Below, piece after piece: positions 14,410 through 27,215 of a stretch of 64,000 nucleotides of DNA. A program made the translations under genes and the position numbers. The notes under the pieces were generated by a model that had not been told where the DNA came from, did not search any database, and was given only the letters and a program-made list of their open reading frames with translations. Within the stretch, counting starts at the first letter, position 1. Each line of letters starts with the position of its first letter. Source of the DNA: Octopus sinensis (taxonomy: Eukaryota); assembly GCF_006345805.1 (NCBI RefSeq), contig NC_043005.1, positions 48,050,001 to 48,114,000 of the forward strand, read 5' to 3'.

Positions 14410-14670
14410 TATACGCACATGCACACACATACATATGTATATATATATGTACATATATATATATATGTATATGTACATATATATATGTATATATATATAC
14501 ATACATATATATAAATATATATATCCATATATATCCATATGTATGCACATATATATGCATATATATCCATACACACACACACACACACATATATACATAC
14601 ACATGCACATTCATGCACACACATGCATATGTATATGTATATATGCTTTTGCATGTGTGTGTGTGTACAT
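14245..14670. repeat. Compound (AT)n/(AC)n microsatellite
   Basis: Direct reading. Confidence 0.95.
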
Positions 14671-14928
14671 ACTTGATGGTAAAATCACATTAATTGTCAG
14701 GTGTCTGGTTGCTCATTGTCTATATCAGGCAAGATATCTATTCATTTTAACTATTTTCATTATTAGCTCAGCAAAATAAGCAGTTTTGATATTCTTTTCT
14801 AACTTCACCAGGTCAAGATGGTTTCAATAACTGAAGCTATCCTATAAAAACCACTTGAACAACTATTTTCGTATAGCCCTTATAAATACATCATGCAGGA
14901 GTGGCACAGCAGTGGCTGTGTGGTAAAT

Positions 14929-15316
14929 GATGGAAGCACTCCGTCAGTTACGACGATGAGGGTTCCGGTTGATCCGAATCAACAGAACAGCCCTGCTCGT
15001 GAAATTAACGTGTAAGTGGCTGAGCACTCCACAGACACGTGTACCCTTAATGTAGTTCTCGGGGATATTCAGCGTGACACCGAGAGTGACAAGGCCGGCC
15101 CCTTGAAATACAGGTACAACAGAAACAGGAAGTAAGAGTGAGAGAAAGTTGTGGTGAAAGAGTACAGCAGGGATCACCACCATCCCCTGCTGGAGCCTCG
15201 TGGAGCTTTTAGGTGTTTTCGCTCAATAAACACTCACAACGCCCGGTCTAAGAATCGAAACCGCGATCCTATGACCGCGAGTCTACTGCCCTAACCACTG
15301 GGCCATTGCACCTCCA
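14929..15316 (-). mobile_element. tRNA-derived SINE family C, tail 2, inserted into a family B head
   Basis: 13-bp TSD CTGTGTGGTAAAT at 14916-14928 and 15317-15329. Confidence 0.9.
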
Positions 15317-15807
15317 CTGTGTGGTAAATAGCTTGCTTATCAACCACATTGTTCTGGGTTCAGTCCCATTGCGTAGCACCTTGGGCAAGTATTTTCTACT
15401 ATAGCCTCAGGCAGACCAAAGCCTTGTGAGTGGATTTGGAAGATGGAAACTGAAAGAAACCTGTCGTATACATATATATATCTATATATGTATATATGTA
15501 TATATATATATGTATGTATATGTGTGATTGTGTGTGCGTGTGCATGTTTGGCAACCAATGCTGGTGTGTTTACATCTCCGTACCTTAGCAGTTCAGCAAA
15601 AGAGAACAATAGAATAAGTACTAGGCTTACAAAGAATAAGTCCTGAGGTTGATTTGTTCAACTAAAGGCAGTGCTCCAGCATGGCTACTGTCAAATGACT
15701 GAAACAAGTAAAAGAGTAAAAGAATAAAAGAAAAACATATATTATATGTACATACTTGTAATTCATACATAAATCCTGTAGTTAGTGCTGGTTACTAAAA
15801 TATTTTA

Positions 15808-16195
15808 TGTGCAGTTTCAAATAAAAACTGCACATTTGACATTGGATTTATTGCCAGGTAAAATAAGATATATAATTTACATTTAAACTAACTCTGTTAC
15901 CAGGTGAAATGGGGCATACATTTCATATTTCACCTGGGTATAATATCAGGTGAAACGGAGCCTACATTTCACATTTGATCAGGGTATATTGCCAAGTGAA
16001 ATGAAGTTTACATTTCACATATGACCTGAGCTTACTGCCAGATGAAATGGAGTCTAAATTTCACATTTGATCTGGATCTATTGCTGGAACAAATGGAGCC
16101 AACATTTCACATTTGATCTGGGTATGCAACCAGTTGAAATGAAACCTATATTTCAGTTTTGGTTGGAGATTTATTACCAGTTGAAATGCCACTTT
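15808..16195. repeat. 46-bp degenerate tandem array with an internal palindrome per unit
   Basis: Unit starts at 15854, 15900, 15946, 15992, 16038, 16084, 16130 and 16177. Consensus CCAGGTGAAATG-GAGCCTA-CATTTCAC-ATTTGATCTGGGTATATTG. Confidence 0.9.
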
Positions 16196-16248
16196 TAGTT
16201 CACTAGTTAAAAGTTAATGACTAAGGTAATTTACTCTAATAGTTAAAT

Positions 16249-16504
16249 GAGTGTTTCTCAACTAGGGTCCATATGACTCTTGGGGATCTATATAAGATTC
16301 TGTCATTAAAATTTATTTGCAACAAATTGGTTATACTTTTATAATACATAACGTATTCTAGCAATTTTTTTAATACAATTTCTAATATCATTTAAAAATA
16401 TAAAAATATAATATGATTTTTAAACACCAAGTGGTTATGAGGATCCATCCATATGAAATAGGAATGAAAGAGATCCACAAGAAAAAATTAATTGAGAAGT
16501 ATTG
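16249..16504. mobile_element. hAT-type MITE
   Basis: Decayed CAGTGGTTCTCAAC/GTTGAGAACCACTG termini. Related partial copies at about 16770-16910, 60118-60290 (inverted) and 60885-60925. Confidence 0.7.
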
Positions 16505-18470
16505 ACGTAGCGTCTACATCAAATTATTAGGTGGTTGGTGTTTTGCTGTAGATTAGCCATGATCAAGTAATCACATCAAATAAACTAGCTATGACATTCC
16601 AATCACATTTTCAGGCATAGTCAACCCAGTAGTATATCATCTTATGTGTCCTTCATTTAGACAGTGTTTTTAATTGCTGGTAGGGACACCATATTTTTTA
16701 AGCCACCATAATATTCTTGGTATCATATTAAAGGCTTATATACTACCAAGAGTATTATGGTTCCATAATGAAATATACAAATGAAATTTCTAATAATATG
16801 TAATTAAACAAATATATGATTTTTTAAACATCAAATAGTTATGAGGGTTCATCCAATGTGAAACAGAAATCAAGGGGGTCCATAGGGAAAAAATTGGTTG
16901 AGAACCACTGAGTTAAATTATTCTACTAACAAATCATACAGATGTGCAAACATTTGAGTCAGTATAATGAATAAAGATTTTCTTGAAAATTAGTTCACTT
17001 GTTAAATCAACAATGATATACAAAACAATTTCAGTTGTGTGACCATGCAACATAAATTGGAAATGTTTCAAAATATATACCGTTTCATTGGTTAACCAAC
17101 CATCTTTTATTACATGTTCTGTGCTTATGATCTACTATAATAGTAAAGATTAAACAAACGTCAAACAAAAGCTGTTCCCTTGGCTTGGTGATGAAACTGA
17201 AAATAAAAACGCTTCCAGAATTCGTACTTAGTGACATTGCAAATGGAATTAATGTGCATAATTTACATTTAAATCAAAATAGCAAATCATATTTAAAACT
17301 ATTGTTTTCTCATTGTTTTTTTTTATTCCTTTCCAATACTCACCAGGAGACAACAAATTTCAAGAAAAAAAAAGTGGGTTATGCCAACTTCTCTTACAAT
17401 TGAATGCATATAAGTACTTGAAATTTAAATTTTCACAACAGGTTTACTTTTTCTACATGTTTTATTAAGGTCACTTGCGGTCGTAAATTTCCCATAACAG
17501 ATTATGTCAAATAAATTCAGTTTATTTTCTCAGTCCATCAGAGAAGTTGTTGGCTTCCTGTGATTCCACAGCACTACATTGTTACTTAGAAATCTTATTA
17601 TAGACTCTTCCAGATATTTACATACACTGTAATGGCTTCATTTAAAAAGGATTGTCGATCAAACAACTGCAGCAACACACTCCCACCGAAACCCCTTACA
17701 TCGAAATGCACTCCGTCACTTGAATAATTTAACATTAATAAGATCATAAATTCTACTGACAGTGATAATATTTTTTTGTCTGTACATTTATTTTACTATT
17801 AATTTTTTTCTATGTATTTTCTTAGAATACAATTCTTTAAAGAGTTTCAGAGCATTGACTGCAAAACTTTCATCTACCTATGTAAATTTATACATACATA
17901 CATATTCACACACAAACGTAAATGCACAGAGGCACGTATTTATACATACACATGTACATATGTATATATCATCATCATCACTGTTTAATGTCTGCTTTCT
18001 ATGCTGGCATGAGTTGGATGGCTTGACTGAGGACTGGCAAGCCAGGAGGCTGCACCAGGCTCCAAACTGATCTGGCAAGGCTTCTACAGCTGGATGCCCT
18101 TCTTACCACCAACTACTCCGAGAGTACAGTGAGTTCTTTTTGCATGCCACCGACATGAGGGCCAGTCAGGTGGCACTGGCATCGATCACACTCGAATAGT
18201 ACTTTTTACATGCCACCAGAATGGGAGCCAGTCAGGCAGCACTGGCATCGACTATGTTTGAATGGTGCTTTTTACGTGCCACTTGCACAGGCATTGTCCA
18301 TGCTCGAATGGTACTTTTACATGCTAGTCAAGCATCACTGGCATCAGTCACAACTACGATTTCTCTTGACTCAACAGGTCTTCTCAAGCACTGAATATTT
18401 CCCTATGATTTGTATATATATATATACACACATACACATATATAAACACATATAGATATTTATATATATA

Positions 18471-19490
18471 CTAGCAGAGTAACCTGGCCTTGTTTTGGAT
18501 TAAAATAGCATAGTTTATTTATTGATTTACTTGTTTTGGGATTATAATCCGATTTCATTTGGGTCTACTCGGGCCACGTTTTAAAGATGAGGAATTCCAA
18601 AAAAAAAAAACCAAAATTTTATTAAAAATTGATAATGAAAAGAAGCATGCCAAATGTTTAAACAGTCTTTGAGAAGTGACTGGAGAAACCTTGAAGATGC
18701 AGAGGTGAAGAGCAAAGAATGACAGGGAAATGCTGGAAAAAAAAAATCAAAACACCAATCAGGACTGCACAAAACTGAAATAGTATAATACGACTGCACT
18801 TATAATGTTTTGGATACAATATGTAGTCACACCTAATATAATTTTGCAGAATCAGTGTCACAACATGAACCCATATGTTGGGAGTTTGACTGACAGAGTT
18901 GCAGAGGGAACAGCAATGTGAAGAAGGTGGATGCAGTTGGGCTAAAAAATTGAGAAAGTTACAATGACTCCAGTGATGGGAGAGTAATGGCGGTAAGTTC
19001 AAAAGTTTTATTGCAGGGCTTCTTTGAAGACAACATTCCTGGTGTTGCACAGATTACCACAAATGAAGCGATTGTGTGGACTACTGACACAGGAGCATCC
19101 AGTGTATAGTTGACTGTGGGTAAATACCTGCTGTGTCAGATTTAGACCAGCTATTTGTAACGACTGTCCCCTGTGCCTTGTTGATGCTCATTGCAAAGCA
19201 TGCTTTTCTGGGAAACTGCCGTTGTGTAAATTCAAATGGCACGGCAGAGGGACTAAGGCTCATGGTGGTTAATAACTTTGCCATGCCAGCAGACGGTTCA
19301 CTCAGAATTAAGGTCCCAATTTTTAATGACCAAATGCGTACTGTTGCATAGTTCTGGTGGTTCCACATTTCTCAGCAGCATAACTGGAATAACATCCTTC
19401 AGTCTAAGGCCATGAGGTGGAAGTCTGGGACGTAGTTGTCTGTTGAGAAATTCAATAGGTGTACAAATTTTCAGCTCAATATGACCACAT
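18471..19490 (-). mobile_element. Helitron 3' remnant with PIF1-type helicase C-terminus
   Basis: Minus strand, frameshifted: PIEFLN..LPPHGLRLKDVIPVMLLRNVEPPELCNSTHLVIK / VPFEFTQRQFPRKACFAMSINKAQG / GQSLQIAGLNLTQQVFTHSQLYTGCS..NTRNVVFKEALQ* (stop 19008-19010). The element ends in CTAG at 18471 after a decayed GC hairpin. Confidence 0.9.
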
Positions 19491-19711
19491 TTACTAACAC
19501 TTTTGCCTGCTTTGGCTGGCTTTGGCTATAGCAGAAGAGATTTGCCCAAAGTTCTACATAATAAAACTGAACCTGAGAGCATGTGGTTGAGAAGCAAACT
19601 TCTTAACACACAGCCATATCTGAAGAGAGAAATCTAAGTGTAGAATTTCGTTAAACTAATAATTTGATTCAAAACTCATTGCCATTATATTAATAATATA
19701 GTTCTGATCAT

Positions 19712-19925
19712 ATGGCTGCAAGCTGGAAAAAATATTAGCATGCCGGGTGAAATGCTTTGCAGTATTTCATCTGTCTTTGTGTTCTGAGTTCAAGTTCTGC
19801 CAAGGTCAACTTTACCTTTCATCCTTTCAGAGCCAATAAATTAAGTACCAGTTGTGTACTGGGGTCGATCTAATCGAGTGCCGCCCTCTCCCAAAATTTC
19901 AGGCCTTGTGCCTAGAGTAGAAAAG
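19712..19925 (+). mobile_element. SINE family A (about 200 bp, AAGGCGGCGAGCTGGCAGAA head), copy with 17-bp TSD
   Basis: TSD AATATAGTTCTGATCAT at 19695-19711 and 19926-19942. About 20 copies in the window, e.g. near 1811+, 5279-, 5609+, 8711+, 11594-, 12487-, 21505-, 26740+, 42682+, 50590+, 50850+, 52930-, 53870+, 54080+, 54405-, 55099+, 63545-. Confidence 0.9.
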
Positions 19926-20149
19926 AATATAGTTCTGATCATGAATACTTGTTATCCTATGAAAGACAGGAAGCTAAATTTTTATTATCATGTTTAGTGT
20001 ATTTATAGAAGAGAAAATTGTTTGAATGGTGACAGTTCATAATAATCTTCTCTTAAGAATTTAACACAAATTTAATGATTTCTAGAATGTTACATGCACA
20101 TAAGCAACATATTTTTTTTTTTTGTCACACTGATAAAAATTTGTAGACA

Positions 20150-20430
20150 AGGCTTTCACCGGGTTGATGAATGCCAAATATGGCAATTTAGTTTTGGTTA
20201 AATATTTCTGCATCTGTGATGCGAGAAAGAGAGCAGTAGTTGTACTTCTCCCTGGCACAAAATCAAACTGCATCCCATTTAGTCTAACTCACTTATTCTT
20301 ATTCTTTGTAAGCCTAGTACTTATTCTATCAGTCTTTCTTGCCGAACCGCTAAGTGACAGGGACGTAAACACACTACCATCGGTTGTCAAGCGATGTTTG
20401 GGGGACAAACACAGACACACAAACATATAA

Positions 20431-20472
<42 letters not shown>

Positions 20473-20760
20473 GACGGGCTTCTGTCAGTTTCCGTCTATT
20501 AAATCCACTCACAAGGCTTTGGTCGGCCTGAGGTTATAGTAGAAGACACTTGCCCAAAGTAACTTTTTTCTGTAAATCTCATGACCTGGCCCAGTAATTT
20601 GATACCCCTGTAATAATTTCTTTCTTAGGGCATCTCCTCTATACTTGTAACTGGTGTAAACTGTTACTACACCAGTTATTGGATATAACACCTTCCTGTA
20701 CAATTACATTGACTATGCAAGTGACCATACTGTGTCCCACTCTGCCAATTATTTTAGGCA
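20150..20760 (-). mobile_element. RTE-clade reverse transcriptase fragment, split by a SINE insertion
   Basis: VNVIVQEGVISNNWCS..YKYRGDAL..YRGIKLLGQVMRFTEKV upstream of the SINE; MQFDFVPGRSTTTALFL..KYLTKTKLPYLAFINPVKA downstream of it. Confidence 0.85.
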
Positions 20761-21139
20761 ACCCTCATTCAGTATATATATATTTATATATGCTCTTTAA
20801 CATTGATGAATGAAAGTATAGAGTATAAATTATGATGTGAGTCGCAATCAGAATTCCATTTCAATATCCTGGATTTCATGTCCTGAATACCAAAAATATG
20901 ACTGTTTCAGAATGGATCCTAACTATATTTTATATGAATATGCAAACCATGTATTATAGGATTATACAAAACAGAATTTATATTTATAGGATGCTCAACC
21001 TTGCAAAAATAAATACTACAACTTAAACAACATGATGATTCTGTTAATTCTTATCTTCTTTACATAAGTATACATAATATCTAGTAAGGATATTTTAATT
21101 TTAGATATATTGGTATAACTATCTTTTTTTTCATTTATG

Positions 21140-21444
21140 CACACTTTTCAAGTCTAGCCAGGCTCATGGGCCTGGTTTCCCGGTTTCTGTGGCATATCTG
21201 TTCCCCCCCCCAGCTGGACGGGATGCCAGTCCATCGCAGCGTTACTCAAGAAGCAAGAAGAGAGAGTGAGAGAAAGTTGGGGCGAAAGAGTACAACAGGA
21301 GTCGCCACCACCCCCTGCTGGAGCCTCGTGGAGCTTTTTAGGTGTTTTTGCTCAATAAAGACACACAATGCCCGGTCTGAGAATTGAAACCACGATCCTC
21401 CAACTACAAGTCCGCTGCCCTAACCACTGGGCCATTGCACCTCC
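21140..21444 (-). mobile_element. tRNA-derived SINE family C, tail 3
   Basis: Same head and central domain, with tail GCGATGGACTGGCATCCCGTCCAG...GGCCCATGAGCCTGGCTAG. Sister copy at 59633-59943. Confidence 0.85.
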
Positions 21445-21949
21445 ACATAACTATTTCTTTCCATCCAGTCATATCCTATACATAATTTTCTGACTTCCCT
21501 AATACTGGTTTCAGATTTTGTCACAAGGCCAGTAATTTTGTGAGTTCATTGAATACATCGACTCCAGTACTTGCTGGTACTTATTTTATCAAATCTGAAA
21601 GGATAGAAGACAATGTCAAACTTAGCAGAATTTGAACTCAGTTTATAATGGTGGATGAAATGCTGCTAAGCATTTTGTCCAGAGAGCTAACAATTCTGCC
21701 AGCTCACTGCTTTATATCTTCCCTATTATTAAATTAAATATGTTTGATAATTTTATACATTTAAAAACTAATGATAGTCAACAATGATCCAATAAAGGAA
21801 TTTCTGCACAGTCATTTCATCTGCAAGAAATAGGAGACAGTCTTCCCTTAAATTGGAGCTGTGGTTGTGGGGCTCCCTTTTGTCATTAATCTACTCACAA
21901 AGGCTTGGTGTGGGGCTAAAAATATAATGATCTAATTTAAGTATTGCTT

Positions 21950-22560
21950 CTTGAATGAACGTTGAATGTTGAAGGAATATCCACCCATTTTTAAGATATC
22001 TATCTAACTCATGTGCTGATTTTCATTTCAATGGAAATTCATTTCATTAAGAATGATATCCTAATCCATGATAATTCAAAGATTGAAGAAAATATATTCA
22101 CCAATTTTCAATATTATCTTATCACAAATATATAGATTCTTGTGATTAGGTTTCATTCTTCATTTTCTATTTAATATTTAATCTGCCTGGGAAGAAGTGT
22201 AGAAAATTTCCTTAGGGAAAAATTGAGATTCTGAGGAAATAGGTGATGGTCTGCATCAGAAGATTTTTCCCACAGAAGATTTTCTAAAAGACTTTGATAA
22301 TTTTGATTGCTATGAGGAATGAAGAATCTAACGTTTCATTTTCTTGCTCTTCATCCGAGTGTGATGTAAAGATAGAAAGTGATAATGATGCTGTGGTTGC
22401 AAATTTCTATAGATTTATGTGCTTGGTAAAATAACAATAAACATAATGCCTGTAGGCTCATTTTCAGTGATAGACACAGGCTTTGCTTTGGGGTAAAGTA
22501 AATTTTTACTGTCATGATATTCTGGGTATGATGCCAATAATACAAACTAAATCAGTTTCT
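21950..22560 (-). pseudogene. Fossil piggyBac (PGBD2/3-like) transposase fragment
   Basis: Minus-strand frames give LLLFYQAHKSIEICNHS..TLG, then LLWEKSSDADHHL (22240-22272; compare PGBD-type FWETSPDSHHHL from memory), then ILNEMNFH..KMGGYSFNI (DE/KP..G.K region). Many stops. Confidence 0.55.
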
Positions 22561-23143
22561 TGGAGAAGACCCTAAGTCTCATGACAAGCAAACACTATCC
22601 TTGTAGAAAGCTTAATGAGGAGGCTGTAAGCATCCACTGGAATGCCAGTTGTCTTCCAGATGTCATTAGAAATATCCTAACCTGTAAATGCAGAAGAATT
22701 TGATTAATTGTCCAGTAGAAATATTTTCAATAAGGCTGAGTTAGTACTATTACAAATAGGACATAGATAGGAGAGGTTTTTGTGAGAAGCAAGTGAATGT
22801 GGGGGGTGCCCCCTAACCCCAGCTTCTTGAGATTTAGAGAAATATAATCTGGTGTAGCCTTCGATTTAAATATCTAGCCATATTTCCGATGATTATACAC
22901 CATATCTGCCAAGTGCTTCCCCCTACTGGATTCCCAGACAAATGTTTCTGGCTTTTTAGTCTTCCAAAATGGTGTTTTTATACCTTTTACCATAAGAGAG
23001 AATTTTTTTCTCTGCAGTAACTACAGTGAATTTGTCTTTAAAAGTTAAAATATGTCACAAATATATTTTAACTAACCTAACATTCATTTATTCTTAACCA
23101 GTGTTTGGAACTGATTCTGATATTAATGAGTATACATATATCC

Positions 23144-23212
<69 letters not shown>

Positions 23213-23213
23213 A

Positions 23214-23288
<75 letters not shown>

Positions 23289-23319
23289 ATATGATATAAA
23301 TAATATATGTATGTGTGTG

Positions 23320-23368
<49 letters not shown>

Positions 23369-23380
23369 ATATACACACAT
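23144..23380. repeat. (ATCT)n followed by (AT)n/(GT)n
   Basis: Direct reading. Confidence 0.95.
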
Positions 23381-23388
23381 ATATGGGT

Positions 23389-24044
23389 ACAGGACATCAC
23401 CAACTGTGTAAACAACATGAAGTATGAGAACAAATGAGTTCAATGCACAATCAATGAAAGGGGGAAATGGAAAACAGGACAAGTATCACAAAGAAAGACC
23501 CTTCATCAATTGTTGGCTGTCTATCTACTTCTCATTTCACCCATTCAATGACAATATAAGACTTCGAAGACAGTTACTCCTATAAATTCCAAAATAAAAT
23601 TTTGCATTTATGGAGGATCAAAGTTTGGAACAAAAACAGGACAGTGGAGACACACAAGGAAACCAAACACAAAAATCATGGAGGCTCGTTAGACCAGAAT
23701 GAGAGGAAATTAGTGAATACTGGGAGAAATATTTTCTTTGAAAAGAGAAAAGATAGAAGAGAGAAATAGGAGACGTCCTGTCCTTAGACCGTCCATGCAG
23801 GAAAGAAAGATGGTCGTGTGAGAATAAGAAAGATGGATGATGGTCATGTGTGAACAACGAGAGAGTGAAAAGGAGAAAAAGGAGAGAGAGAGAGACATAT
23901 ATAAAATGATGAAGGGGAGCAAAAGAGAATTAAAGAAGGATGGAGGAGAAAACAGTATAGAGTAGAGTCGCATCAAAAAGGCTAAAGATGATAAACTTAC
24001 TTGGAAATGGATGTCTGACGTTTAATTAAATAATAATATAAATA

Positions 24045-24075
<31 letters not shown>

Positions 24076-24214
24076 AATATATATATGCATATATAGATAC
24101 AGGACGTCACCAACTGTGTAAACAACACGAAGTATGAAAACAAATGAGTTAAATACACAAACAACGAGAGAAAATGGAAAACAAGACAAGTAACACAAAA
24201 GAACGATGACCCTT
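23389..24214 (-). mobile_element. Penelope-like fragment bounded by direct repeats of about 115 bp (pLTR partial tandem)
   Basis: ACAGGACATCACCAACTGTGTAAACAAC...GACCCTT at 23389-23503 is repeated at 24099-24214. Set within (AT)n. Confidence 0.55.
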
Positions 24215-24253
<39 letters not shown>

Positions 24254-25759
24254 GTGTGTATGCGTGCGTGTGTGTGTGCATGTGTATGTGTAACAGAATT
24301 TTTGAAGGGAAAATTCATAAGACAGTTTTGTCTGCTCCAGTATTTCACTGCCATTTATTTTATCACATTTGGAGCAATGGAAACCTTAGTCAAACCATGC
24401 AAGAATTATTTCCTACAACACAGAGGAAAATAAGTATTGTAAAGCATTAAGTCCAGCCGTATTAGCAGCCTGACATTTATAATTAATATTGATCAAACTA
24501 ATTCAGCTAAGCAACTTTTCCTGATGAACTTCACTGAAGCAGTTTGTTCTCACAAACTGTATGTTAAAAACTAACACTTCATTTGTCAATTACTCATGTC
24601 AGCTTTATATACTATCTGCTTGATGTAGCAGTTTAATTTTAAATAGGTAGTTGACCTAAATGGCAATAACTTTCCTCATGCACATGACAACAGTGTAAGC
24701 CATGAATTCTGCCTTTCTTAATCAGAGACTGCTTTATACTTGATCCAACAGCTGATATTCAAATTTCAAAATTTATGAACTAGAAATGCCTGTGAGCAAG
24801 ATATTATCCTCATAGCTGGTGAGTTTGGTTTGTTTTAACTTTGGATTTATGTAATTTACTACCATTAAGTTTACAGGAAATGTTGTTGTTTAGAACGGTG
24901 TTATTGTTGATTGTAAAGGAGGAAAGAAACTGAAGTTATCACTGTCTTTTCTGTCTGAAATTTGGTCATTCTGCTATCTCCTCTTACCGAGAATAACTAT
25001 CATTGTTTCCGCTCCAACCCAATATAGACGAGGTGCAGCCAATAAATATGATTTATGTTTTAGCTTTAGTAATTTGCCTCATGTTTTGCATAGACACAAT
25101 TCTGAAACTGCTGTTTGTTATTCGGAAACATGAGTAGCCTTCTAGCTTATTCTCTTTAGAGAGAAATGTCAATATAAAAAGATGGAAATATATAAACAAT
25201 CCCGTAAAAGTATTTCTCATTATGGGATGATTTTACTCTGTCTGTCATAAAATACATGATATTACTACTTGCGACTAATTTTGACCATGACTCATACTTA
25301 AGAAGAGATGAAGTTAGTGTCTCTCAGCATTAGCCTATTCCTTTCTTCATCATGTAATTCTTTTTAGTAAAACATCTTTTAGTATAAATAAATATTAAGA
25401 AGGATGTCTGCTGATATAAAGATTAGCACTAATTTTCTCTTCTATGTAATAATGTCTGAAACTATTTAAGTGGATTGTCATAGAAATATATTTATTATTA
25501 ACTTTGTTTCCTTCACTATTGCTTTTGTTTTCTCCATTTTCTACAATACTGGAAAAAACAACGAAATAACTTTTCACGTTTGAATAAAAAGAAATAATAA
25601 TGAATTCTTTCATCAATGTCTATGAGAAAATACATGCAATTATAATGGAAAGAATTCCTAAATAAATATAAATAGTACTTTATAAAATAGGAATGAAGAT
25701 AACATATACATGGCAAGTTGAGCTCTTTATCAGAGGGACGCCAACCTTGCAAAGAATTA

Positions 25760-26272
25760 CCGTAAATCCTCGAGTATAGTCCACCCTTGAGTATAAAACT
25801 CAGGGGATTTTTAGGGGGCTGTACCTCTGAAAAACCTAAACCTTGTGTATAATATGCACCCCTTCTCTAACTTAAGTCAAGGAGGTCTATATAACCTCCT
25901 TGGTTTGTAAAAATGTGTACAGTAACGTCCTTTATTATTATTGTATATATAACATAATGCAAATGTGTAGATTTTTTTGTGCGCTTTGTTTGCAGAAAAT
26001 AAAGAAATAACAGTAATAACATTTAATAAATGTTGCTTACTGCAAGTTATGGATGATTCTTTTATGACTTCATTGATTTCAGGCTTAGCTTAAGGTATTT
26101 TCACGCCCGACATCACAAAATGCATCTGAATAAACATTGCTGGACAGCAAATAGAGACTCAGACATTGCTTAGAAAATAATTTTCATTTTTAACCTTGTG
26201 TATAATACGCACTAGGGATTTTAACCTTTAAATTTTCGGAAAAAGATGTGGATTATAATCAAAGATTTATGG
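25760..26272. mobile_element. pogo/Tc2-type MITE, copy 1
   Basis: TIR CCGTAAATCCTCGAGTATAGTCC with decayed partner GGATTATAATCAAAGATTTATGG; TA flanks. Highly similar to 53185-53664. Confidence 0.9.
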
Positions 26273-26288
26273 TATGAAAGATTGAATC

Positions 26289-26289
<1 letters not shown>

Positions 26290-26367
<78 letters not shown>

Positions 26368-26379
26368 TGTGTGTGTGTA
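26290..26379. repeat. (GT)n microsatellite
   Basis: Direct reading. Confidence 0.95.
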
Positions 26380-26518
26380 TTAAAAATAACCCAATTTATG
26401 ATATTTTGAATGCATTTAATACACATGTCTCAGATTATTATGCAATAGATAAAAAGGAATTAATCTTCTTTGCAACATCTTCCTCAACATTTCAAAATAT
26501 TATATTATTATTATTATA

Positions 26519-26670
26519 TGAGGGGGTACTGAAAAATTCCTAGCTTTAAGAGTATCATGGAAGGTCTGGTTGAAGACCCAACTTCCTAGTTCATTTACAG
26601 GGCTTAGAAAAACTGAAGGACCACTGCAATAAGTTTGTGAATCTAAGAGGAGATTATGTTGAATAAAATC
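26519..26670 (+). mobile_element. Mariner remnant (TIR plus transposase C-terminus)
   Basis: TIR-like TATGAGGGGGTACTGAAAAATTCC after TA, followed by GLEKLKDHCNKFVNLRGDYVE*, the typical mariner C-terminal motif. Confidence 0.75.
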
Positions 26671-27215
26671 ATAATTAACTGTTCTTCCTGTATTTTCTTT
26701 TACCCAAAGCCAAGAACTGTTCAACACCCACTGATATGTCATACAAAGGCTGCAAGTATTTTGCACACCAGGCAAAATACTTAGTAGCGTTTTGTCCATC
26801 TTTACGTTCTGAGTTCAAATTCCGCTAAAGTCACCTTTTACTTTTCATCCTTTTTGGAGTCGATAAAATAAATACCAGTTGAGCAGTGGGGTCAATATAA
26901 TTGACTTACCCACTCCGTTAAAGTTACTGGCCTTGCGCCAAAATTTGAAATCGATATTATATGCTATAAATTTTATGCCTGTACAAGCAAGCCAGTCCTT
27001 ACTCCATTTGCAGGGATACTCCAACAAGGATTTGAGGTGGTTTCTTGTACTTTACTTGACTTGGAAAATTCTTGCATGTGCATTGCTTCTAAGCATAATA
27101 CAATGTGTGTGTGTGCATGTGTATGTGTGTGTATGTGTGTGTGCACGTGCATACGTGCGTGCATGTGCGCATGTGAGTATACATACAGACACAGCTCTCA
27201 GCCATTGTACCTTAA

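Noticed and set aside
15808-16195. CRISPR interpretation of the palindromic 46-bp array
   Set aside because: Eukaryotic context, no cas genes, units are homologous along their whole length (no unique spacers), and the repeats are too divergent.
19133-19351. Plus-strand 72-aa ORF with an NGT..RL motif
   Set aside because: Antisense shadow of the Helitron helicase on the minus strand.
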